NCBI GenBank assembly: GCA_905331295.1
Contig: CAJNYD010000057.1
Span: forward strand, 1 to 64,000
Direction of reading: 5' to 3'
Source: Rotaria socialis
Taxonomy: Eukaryota
DNA: 64,000 bases
Shown: in pieces, positions 27,901-37,798 of the stretch
How positions within the stretch are numbered: position 1 is the stretch's first letter
Layout: each line of letters starts with the position of its first letter
Notes under the pieces: generated by a model
Database searches by the model: none
What the model saw: the letters and a program-made list of their open reading frames with translations, nothing else
What the model was told of the DNA's origin: nothing
Translations under genes and position numbers: made by a program

Positions 27901-28734
27901 AATCGTTTGATTGGTATTGATTTTCGTACGAATTCTTTTACATTTGATTCTGTATATTCAGTTATTTTTCCATGATCATTAAAATGATAAACACGACGTT
28001 GACTAATAACACACAATGACGGAGCGCTTGATATGCCTAATTCATTACTTAAACGTTGATCATGAGCATTGAATTCTGCAGTACCAATACCAACATCATT
28101 AAATTGTTTTTCCAACGCACGAAATATTCCTAATGGTTGACGACACGTAGAACAAAAATTTGTACTACCGAAAAGCACATACGGTTTTTTATCACTATTT
28201 GGTAAAATATTACTCAGAAATTCACTAGAAATAAACAACTCTGTGTGTGATGAAAATTAAAACTAGAAGATTTACCGAGTATGAATGAATTTTTTTGCAC
28301 CAGTTGGTGATTCATGAAAAAAATTAAAATCACCACTAAAATGTGCTCGAAATATATCATACGGATCACGAAAATGATTCGTATTAAAACCACGATGATT
28401 ATCTTGTGATGTCGTGCCATACTCATCATAATTTTGTCGTTTTGTCGAATCCGATAGAATCTGAAAGAAAGGTAGCTTTTATTTTGTTTTGTTTTTGTTG
28501 AGATTTTACTTCATAAGCTGCATTGATTTTTGTAAATTGTTCGTGTGCATTCGGTTCAGAATTTTTGTCGGGATGCCAATGTTTTGCTAGTTTTTTATAC
28601 GCTTGTCGAATGTCTTTATCTGATGCTGTGCGTGATAAACCAAGAACTTCGTATGGATTAAAATCATTGGTTTTAGCTGATAAATCGGATAGACAAAGTA
28701 CAATATAAACGAAAATTAATTGTACGAAATGCAT
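24921..28734 (-). CDS. DNAJC16: DnaJ homolog subfamily C member 16 (signal peptide, J domain, thioredoxin-like domain, TM segment)
   Basis: ATG at 28734 (in-frame TAG just upstream) starts the signal-peptide-like [17 protein letters not shown] domain NPYEVLG...WHPDKN; Trx-like [28 protein letters not shown]-terminus WIDLLFDG...WP resembles DNAJC16 WMERLLEG...WP. Confidence 0.88.
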
Positions 28735-29120
28735 GAAAAGTTTCACGAAAGAAATTGCCTATCTAGAATAAATAAAAATATTAATATCTTGGCCAACTGG
28801 TAAGTTATTTCTCTCACATATTTTCCATAGTAGATAATATCTATGATTAATAGGTTTTACTGAGACATATCGTTAATATCTATCTTCAAAAAGCTTTTAT
28901 CACTATGTATTTTATTTGTACTTGATAATAAAAAATACTATTCTGAATAGATTTACTGCATCTATTGTGAAGATCATGAAAACATATTTGTTCACTTCAT
29001 GCATTGGGTGTATATAACAATGTTACATTTATATTAAAAAAAGAAGAAGCAAGTAAAATAGGGAAAAATATAGCTTCGATATAAACAAACAGATTAGAAA
29101 ACATAAACCTAATTGTATAA

Positions 29121-30785
29121 TTACAGTGCTGAAAGACCGGAAAATTGACGTAATTTTTCCATGACAATAAATATGACAACTGTTTGTGGCCCTAAGAATA
29201 AACAAAAATAGATTTCTTTCTTTCAGTATCAAATAAAACGAAGTTTCCTTGTTTTTTTTTAATTAATCATACTCTAGAAGCAACATATTCGAATAGTGTG
29301 ACGCATTGTAATCTTTAAAGATCATATAGCTCGTAATTGTTTTGTACGCGTGACCTTGTTGTTAATGACTTTTGTTTTTCTGTTTATTATCGGTGTCTAT
29401 GAAAATAGGTCGATGCATTTATACTAATACAAAACAATCTTTTAAAAAAATAACGCATTAACATAGATAAATATACGATTATCAGTCAATGCAAAGTCAC
29501 ACAAGAAAAAATAACTAGCCATTTGACTTTACATTATATCTATAAGTTCGTTCGTATTCTTATACTAAATGTCATCGATAACTCAATATAAGGTGAATAA
29601 AATCGATTGTATGGTTTATAGTTTATTTACTCGTTTTTTATGACTTACCAAGTCTTACATATGCAGCTGACCAACCACGTAACAATCCTCGGAAACCTTC
29701 CTTATGAACAATTTTATTTGTAAGTTCACTAAAACCATATTTACCAGCTGCATACATATTGGTTTTAATCGTGTCTAGGGGAGCTGTCACTGTTGTAGTC
29801 ACAAGTCTATCGTTTAATTATTAAAAACAGAAAACAACTGAGTTATTAATTAGAAAAAACAAAATACTGCTCACCCAGTTATCAATGAAGCACCTAAATG
29901 TAATTTTACACCTTCACTCCAACCTGTTAGTTCTATCCAAAATCGTTTAGCATGATCATAAGTGACACATTGTGTTGCTGTTAAAACGGCTGTAATAAAT
30001 AAATAGAAATATATAGCATGCAGAATAAACAAGAATATTTATTGTACCTGTTCGAAAAGCTGCCGGTACGGTACCAACCCATAAACCTTTAACTCCATAG
30101 TGTTGAATAACATCTTTAATTACATGAGCGGATGATTTATATATTGTATTTTTTGTTTGTAATTTAGTTTTGCATAAATCCATCGGATTCGATGTAATAG
30201 CAGCCATGGAGCCTGATAAACAGCCCGCTGTAATATTTCGAGCAAAAACTATCGATGATTTGTTATCATCGCTGACTAGACGTTTAAGCATATTTTTTAT
30301 CGGTCCATAAGCTCCTAGGCGTACACCACCATAGAATAGTCCACGAAGAATTGCTGGTGTAAAACCGGAATAAAATGCACGAATACCTTCTTTTTGATAA
30401 ACGTTTTTTGTTGTTTCTATTAGACCGGCTTTAATACTTGATTGAGATGTTGTCATTGCGGCATTAGCTAATTGAAGACGCACTTTCAGTACATCGACTA
30501 AAGAATTAAAATAATAAAATATTGAGACATTTTTCGATTAAAATAATTGTACTTGGTAGTGTTATAAGATTTGCTATAGATACACTTAAACCACTTGTAA
30601 TCAGCTAAAATATTTATTTTCATGGTACAAATAGACGATAAAAAGAATTATTTTACTTCTGTAATTATTGGATGGTCACTACTTGATGATTTTACATGTT
30701 TGAATAATTCTGTTGTGGATGAATATTTACGACTGTTATTTTCGCTGCTGAGTGATTCAACAGGAAGAACTTCAATCGTAGGCAT
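29121..30785 (-). CDS. Mitochondrial carrier (SLC25), uncoupling-protein/ucpB-like; 6 exons
   Basis: Exons 30785-30657, 30604-30553, 30497-30048, 29989-29875, 29806-29649 and 29191-29121 splice in frame. Three carrier signatures: PIDVLKVRLQ, PMDLCKTKLQ, PLDTIKTNM. Ends RLGPQTVVIFIVMEKLRQFSGLSAL*. Confidence 0.93.
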
Positions 30786-31220
30786 TCAAACTATAACGAT
30801 GATAGACTGGTCGATATTAAATTTTATATGTTTGGACTATGAAAATAAACTATCGTTTATCTTCTACTCTATTTCTATACTGGAATATATTTCATATTTT
30901 CTACATCATAATAAAATAAAATTCATGTCTAGTGCCAAATTTCTACCCGTGTTTACGCATATTGGTTAAGTGAAAAGATGAATGTCAAAATGACCTTCTA
31001 GATGGCATTAAGATTCGTTCTAAGATCTAACGAAACAAAGTTCGATACAATAGATAAAATCATAGAAATCAGCTTTTCTCTGTACATTTTTACTAAATAT
31101 CTATCATATATTTCCGATTTTTATCTATAGAACAAACAATTATTGTCCAATTGCTTACTAACCTAACACCATCTATATAGATGGCGCTAAAAATTGCAAT
31201 AAAAGCACACAAGATCTTGT

Positions 31221-32040
31221 CACTAGTCGACGATCTTGGCTTCGATCTGTTCAGGTTCTTGTTGTTCTTGCTTGCCAGACAAGATTATTTTCCTTCTTAA
31301 AAATCAGGCAAGAATCATTTCTTGAGATAGCAGCAAGAGTTTTACCAGATTTTCAAGAACACAACACTAGTCGACGATCTTGACTTCGATCTGTCCAGAT
31401 TCTTGTTTTTCTTGAACATCGGATAAGATTCTTGTTTCTTGTCATTTTGCCAAGACTCTTGCTTTCTTAAAATTCTCGCGATTTTGACAAAATCCTTGCA
31501 ATACAAATGAATTTCATTTAGGAATCCATACGGATGCCTCCTTTCGGTTCTATTTGATTTTAATTTCGAATTAAAAAAGTACAAAAAATTACATTATATG
31601 TGCAAGGAAATATACAATAAGTTCATATCACGCACAAAAAAATGGAGAAAAATAAAAAAAATAAACGAAAAACAATTGAACAAAACAATCTATTCAAAAA
31701 ATACATCTGTAATAGTTCGTCAGTGCCATCTAGAAAAAAAGATATAATGTTCAAACTTCTGTATACTTATAAGTATATATACAGAAAACATCACGTGATA
31801 TTTTTCTGTAAGATAGGATAAGAATCATTGAAAGGAAAAGAAACAAGATTCTTGTCTGAATTTCAAAAGATCTTGCCATTCTTGTCTGATTCTTATTTAT
31901 CTGAGCAATCAGACAAGATTATGTTTTTCTTGAAAAACAGGCAAGAATCTTGCCTGAATATTATGATTGCGAAGAATCTTAGCTGATATTCAAGAAAAAC
32001 AAGAATCTGGCCAGATCGAAGTCAAGATCGTCGCCTAGTG
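31221..32040. mobile_element. Non-autonomous CACTA-like (CMC) element with ~50 bp TIRs; left end duplicated (31221 and 31365)
   Basis: CACTAGTCGACGATCTTG(G/A)CTTCGATCTG at 31221 and 31365; near reverse complement ...CAGATCGAAGTCAAGATCGTCGCCTAGTG ends at 32040. Many subterminal CAAGAATC/GATTCTTG motifs. Confidence 0.75.
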
Positions 32041-32066
32041 TTACGACTATCATGAGAATACGAAGC

Positions 32067-32424
32067 CCCATGTCGAACAATCCGGGACGGGTTTTAGTGA
32101 ACTTCTCTAACCTCTCTCCAGTCATATCCGACCGGAAATAAGGTGGAAATTCTAGGAAAAAATTCGGCCAATTCCGTTTGTGATCCCGATAGTGAGCCAA
32201 GGAAGGAAAAAATCATAAATGAGTCGCTTTCCAACGGATTTTTTCTGTCACATCTTCAGGCGGGTTCCTATCGATATTTCCAAGCTGCTTCCCATCCATT
32301 CCTCAGCTCGAGAGCAGTTGGTCGTTCCGGTGGCCGTATCCAGTTCGGTTCCCAACACATATGTTAACGCCTTATCCGAGTCATACAGTACGAAAAATAC
32401 GTATCTAACCGACTTCGGCCTGTC
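32067..32424. mobile_element. Degenerate member of the CCCAGGTCGA...TCGACCTGGG short-element family
   Basis: Left end CCCATGTCGA, right end TCGGCCTGTC; GC-rich interior relative to the flanks. Confidence 0.45.
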
Positions 32425-32478
32425 GACGAAGCCCAGATTGAAAAGTCAAGGCGAACAAATGTGGTTTCGAGACCAATC

Positions 32479-32723
32479 CCCAGGTCGCGGTGGTACGACG
32501 GGAAGTCGCTGGAAGATGGAAGCAGTATTGCTGCCAGAAATTTTTGGATCTTTTTCAGTACTTTTTGGCAGGAACCGATAGTAAATCATTGGGAAAATTC
32601 TGAAAATTTTCCAGACGCAATATTGCTTCCAAGTTTCAGCAACTTTCCGTGCTTTCTTGTGGGATACAGTGATTTTCCCGACCGGTTCCTCCAGTATCTG
32701 GTGGCCGGAACGATCGACCTGTG
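32479..32723. mobile_element. MITE-like element, CCCAGGTCG...TCGACCTG family
   Basis: Termini CCCAGGTCGC (32479) and TCGACCTGTG (32714-32723); internal imperfect inverted repeat GGAAGCAGTATTGC / GCAATATTGCTTCC. Confidence 0.65.
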
Positions 32724-33723
32724 TCAGTCCTATTGTACAATAATAGTCATTTAGAATTTCTTTTTTCTATCACTCTTCTGTCTAAAAACGAATCCTCACT
32801 GTGCCGATATTGATGGCACGCTTCGATGATTCTCATTCCTTCTCTTTCTGTTCTCTTTGCATTGCTATAATATATCTCTCTCCCATATATATTTGCCTAT
32901 AGTGGCGCTAAGCTACTCCACCTCTATCCAGTTTGTCTTAACATATCAACCCAAGCAGGGTCCCACATTTATTGTTACATCCACTCCCACATGCAGCATG
33001 CTAAGCTACTCAAAACCTAGTATCAATTATAACATAAAAATCAGATAAGCATTATTTTTATTAACTTAAACATCTGTCAGATAAAGCTGGACATTATATT
33101 CCGAGAAATGCAACCACGACTGCATCAGTGCTGATTCAGTGAATCCGGTTCTATTTGTTTACAATTTTATGGGGGGCTGTGATCGCGATGCTTGCTATGT
33201 GAAGTAATGTTTTCTTCGGTTGCATTCTCATTAGATGAGTTTTCAAATGCTATCAGAGGTGGCTGAATATATCGTAAATCGACCTGTCCAAACGTGATGG
33301 AATCACGTTTTTTCATTTTGTATTATGAATATCTCAATTTAATGGAACTGCGTGAAGCTGAAATTTTCAGAATATATTCAAGTTTCATAGAATTCGAAAC
33401 TTCCGTGAGATTTGTATGATTAAAATATAGGTCCGTTACGGGATCACCAAAAATAGTCTTCCAGATTGAGTTCCATGTGAAGAACTCGACAATTTACCGC
33501 AACTAAAACTGCGAAGAAAAAACTTTCAATGGGAAAGTTATAGTGAATATGACATTCTATCTGTAGAAAAAAAGAAAATTTAAAAGAAATAAAAGTATAC
33601 CTTTGAATAGTAGAAAAAGTTTCTTAACGGAATCACTTTTTAAAAATGTTCATATTTTTTTAGTGTCTACTTCTTAAGAAATTTATCTATAATTCACGAA
33701 AATGGACACATTTGTATTACTAA

Positions 33724-34184
33724 TAGAGATGAACAAAATGAATGCCGATTTTGGCCATCGGGACTGGAACTGGGGCCGGGATCAAAAACATTAACTGTAC
33801 CGAAGTCTAAACCTCAAAACCTTAACTATACCGTATCGAGAACCAGATCAAAGCAAAAGTTTCCCGCTTAAAGTAAGAAAGTGAGACTTTCGGACTCCAG
33901 AGTACAGGTCAAGCAGGAGAAGAATCAAGTAAAGTAAACCTAAGTTACAGTTGTAGTAAAGAAATAAAAAGTATGAGTATTGAAGAAACATTAAAAATGT
34001 GAGAAAACAATGTTGCAACATGTTTCTATGTTTCTTTAAATAGGCACAGGCTCTAGATTAGTTAGAATCACATGACCAGAATAAAAAATGAAACTTCAAC
34101 CGGACAGAAACCAGAACCATAATAAGTGTGCCTGGACTTTGGTCGCTATTGGGATCAAAAATAATGTTGCTGCGTGTACCTCTA
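33724..34184. mobile_element. Old hAT-like non-autonomous element
   Basis: Ends TAGAGATG... and ...TACCTCTA; flanks ATTACTAA and ATTACTCG (6/8 match, TSD-like). Confidence 0.35.
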
Positions 34185-34385
34185 ATTACTCGTTGAAAAA
34201 GTGATCAAAAAAAGTCATTTTACATATTGTTCATTCTGATAAGGTAAAAATTCGATTTCACAAATATGAGGTGCATATCAAATATCACTCCTAAAATAGT
34301 ATCTTCAAATACAGCAATAAAAATAACTTGAAAACCGTCAGAAATTAGTTTTGAAATAAAGCAGTGAAGCTATAAAATGGTTGAT

Positions 34386-34979
34386 TATCATGTACCACAA
34401 ATCGGCATCCCCAGATTTCATCCCTAAATCATATCCATATTTGTGGATAATAAAAAGAATATTATCCCTACCTACCGGTGACAAAATAGGGATTTTGATT
34501 TATGAATTTTTCAATTTAGGGGTTGTTTTTGAAAATAAAATATGCCATTTACATCATGATTTAAGACCATATTCAGCCGTGCTGAAAATTTTTCTGCCAT
34601 CAAAGTCAAGTCATGCCACGAAAACCACAGTACCAGAAAACACATTCTGGCGACTAGATAGACAAATATCAAATAGAGAGATACCAATAGAGCGATAAGA
34701 TTGAGTCCCTTTTTAGGATTCTGATGACCAGAATGTGTGTGCTGGTAGTGCTATTTTCGTGGCACCACCCCTGGTTTCGATGGCAAAAACAAATTCAGCA
34801 AGGTAGAACATGATGTTCAATCATGATGGTTACAATATACTATCTTACATTTTAAAAAAATCCCCAAATTGAAAAATCCCTATTTGGTCACCATTAGAGA
34901 TAATATTCATTTTATTCTCTACCAATAGGAATATGATTTAGGGATGAAATCTGGGGATGACGACTTGTGGTAAATGATA
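34386..34979. mobile_element. Foldback (long inverted-repeat) element with ~260 bp imperfect arms
   Basis: TATCATGTACCACAAATCGGCATCCCCAGATTTCATCCCTAAATCATAT pairs with ATATGATTTAGGGATGAAATCTGGGGATGACGACTTGTGGTAAATGATA; pairing continues inward to CACATTCTGG / CCAGAATGTG. Confidence 0.85.
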
Positions 34980-35861
34980 GACATTCCTGTAGGTGTGTGG
35001 TTGGTGAAAATATGAAGTTAGAGTATTTTTACAAAGCATTGTTGAATCCAATGACAAACATTTATACTATCGGAGAGTATCAATAGAGTTATAATGAATT
35101 CGAAATAAACGTTGTTTTCGACTATCACAAGTTAATGTCTATACAGAAACTAATAACAATAACAGACAGAGTATTAACGAGTGAGATAAATCGTCACGTC
35201 GAAGAAAAGTATTATTAATACATACTAATTAATTACTGCAGTCTCTCAAATCTAAAAATTTCATTCTTGAGAATATCCTTGTAAGCAAATAAATGAACGA
35301 AAGAAGAAGAATTCCAACAACGCCATTTCTTGTATTATTATTCTTTTTAATTTTTGTTTCTTTCTCGCATTGTTTATTTTTCGTTCTGGTGAGAAAAAGA
35401 TCTGTTATTTTTGCTTATGAAAATGAATTAATTCTTCAAAAGTGGACGAAGACAACAAGAAAGATTAAATTTTCATCAGAGTAACAACAATATGTGTCTA
35501 TCAATCTATTATCGGACAAATTTCATATAGAAACCCATGTAAACTCTGCCACTGATTAGGTAGTCAAATTTTCTTTATTGGTATAATCTTAAGTTTGAAA
35601 TTTGATAAGTATAACTTATATATGATCTTTCACTGGATATTTTAGAAATCTTTTCGTCTATGACACTTGATTTGATGAAAATTGATCATAATTGAGTAAC
35701 ATATCATAGAAAGATGTATTGAGTGAGTAGATGTTTTATTGTCACTGTGATTGTGAGATAGTAGGTACTGAATTCTATTATTGACCATGGCTCATGCTTT
35801 GATGGGCGTGGGTGTGGCTGGGTCTGGATCTGAGTGAGGGTATAGTTCTTATTCACAATCC

Positions 35862-36341
35862 ACGTTAGGGAAGTTAGCACAAGATTCGAGTTTTTCCAGC
35901 CCGGATTCGCCTATATGGTTGTGTTGGATGCAGAATTTTGCGTTGAATCGAATGGTGTAATTTTTAAAGGGGGTTGCCGATCAAAATCTGGCACTTGACC
36001 TGGAAATACTGCTTTTTCTGAAAACCTTGTAGAAGTAATTTCAGCCCGGATTCGCTGCTTTAGTTGTGTTGAATCTGAAAATGGTTGTGTTGAATTCAGA
36101 ATGAAATTCTGCATCGAATAATGTTAAATTTGTATGGGGTCATCGACCAAAGTTCTTCGACGTGCGTGGTGCTGGAATATAGATTTGGAGGGATGAATTG
36201 GGTGAGACCAGAAATTTTTTGATCGATGACCCCATACAAGTTAAACATTATTCGATGCAAAATTTCATTCTGAATTCAACACAACCATATAGGCGAATCC
36301 GGGCTGGAAAAGCTCGAATCTTGTGCTAACTTTCCCAACGT
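35862..36341. mobile_element. Foldback/MITE with ~60 bp outer TIRs and a further inner inverted repeat
   Basis: CGTTAGGGAAGTTAGCACAAGATTCGAG...CCAGCCCGGATTCGCCTATATGGTTGTGTTG pairs with CAACACAACCATATAGGCGAATCCGGGCTGG...CTCGAATCTTGTGCTAACTTTCCCAACG; inner arms about 36081-36155 and 36212-36288. Confidence 0.85.
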
Positions 36342-36826
36342 TTCACATCCACGTCCAAAACAGCAAGCTTCTAAAGATAGATATAGTAATTTATTTACAA
36401 AAATGGTAGTACATTAGAGTACTGGTAGACCATTCCACTAAATTGAAACATGAATCTCGCATTAATACATCCATAGTTTTTGTTCTATGTGTTCTGTCGT
36501 GTCTGATTGGTCAAAACTAGTGCTGCCATAAAGTGCATTAATAGCTTATTTGAAAACTCAAATATAACTTGAATGCATCATTTTAAAAATTGAATCTAAT
36601 GAAATGAATTAATAATCTAATATAAAATTAACAATATCTATGAAAAAGACTATATTAGTTAAAAGCGTTTAATGGTATTCATTGGATAACCAGCCGAATA
36701 GAGCTTGTTTATTTTTTCTTCATCTTCTATCTGAAACAGCTATTCGAATATTGGAAATATATCAAACAATAAAGTTTCTTTTTAATCGTTTTTAGATCAG
36801 AATAAAATTCGTATCATCATCTTAAG

Positions 36827-37589
36827 ATGTCGTCAAAAGTTACTCGCGTAAGTTGAAACAAGCAAAATTGTTACCGATTTATTTTTCATGTTGTATAGGA
36901 TATGTTGTTTGAAACGACACAAAATGTGTTAACATACTCCAATGAAACCAAGAAGCGTAAATTTGTTGAAACAGTCGAATTACAAATTGTTTTGAAAAAC
37001 TTTGACCCATCACGTGATAAACGTTTCAGTGGTACTGTTCGTCTTCGTCATATTCCAAAACCAAAATTCACCGTCTGTGTTTTGGGTGACGAACGTCATT
37101 GTGATGAAGCTCGTGCTAACAATATTCCAGCAATGACCATCGATGACTTAAAAAAATTAAACAAGGATAAAAAGCTCGTACGAAAATTGTCACATCAATA
37201 TGATGCTTTTCTTGCATCCGATGTTGTCATCCGACAAATTCCTCGTATTCTTGGTAAGCTATTTGCACATAAATGAGAAGTTTATTCGAATGGTTTATTT
37301 TTGTTTAGGACCTGGTTTAAACAAAGCCGGTAAATTTCCAACAGCTATTACACATGGTGATTCATTGGTACAAAAAGTTGAAGAAATTAAATCAACAATT
37401 AAATTTCAAGCTAAGAAAACAATTTGTTTAGCTGTTGCCGTTGGTAATGTTAACATGACCGTTGAAGAGTTAGCGGCTAATATCAATTTATCGGTTAACT
37501 TTCTTGTTTCATTACTTAAAAAAAATTGGCAAAATGTTCGCGCACTCTACGTTAAATCATCCATGGGTAAACCACAACGACTCTATTAA
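36827..37589 (+). CDS. RPL10A: 60S ribosomal protein L10a (uL1); exons 36827-36847, 36899-37253, 37309-37589
   Basis: MSSKVTR|DMLF...[13 protein letters not shown]...[10 protein letters not shown]...[18 protein letters not shown]...[23 protein letters not shown]. Confidence 0.98.
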
Positions 37590-37798
37590 AAACTAACAAC
37601 AACAAGTCAAAGAACAACCGACAACAAGAATAAGAAAACAAATTCTTTTACTATCATCGTTGTTTTTGTTTTCTATGTATGTGCCTAAAGTTATAATAAA
37701 ATAAATTTACGCATACAAATACAAAATAAAAAAAAGAAAAAGAATTGAATATCTTAGTGAGGTTTATTTTAATCCTAGATAGATTTTTCTCTCTCAAA

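Noticed and set aside
31979..32754. Cluster of overlapping ORFs with higher GC content
   Set aside because: They coincide with short repeat elements and have no transposase motifs.
36848..37308. Intronic snoRNAs in RPL10A
   Set aside because: Both introns are only 51-55 nt, too short to host them.
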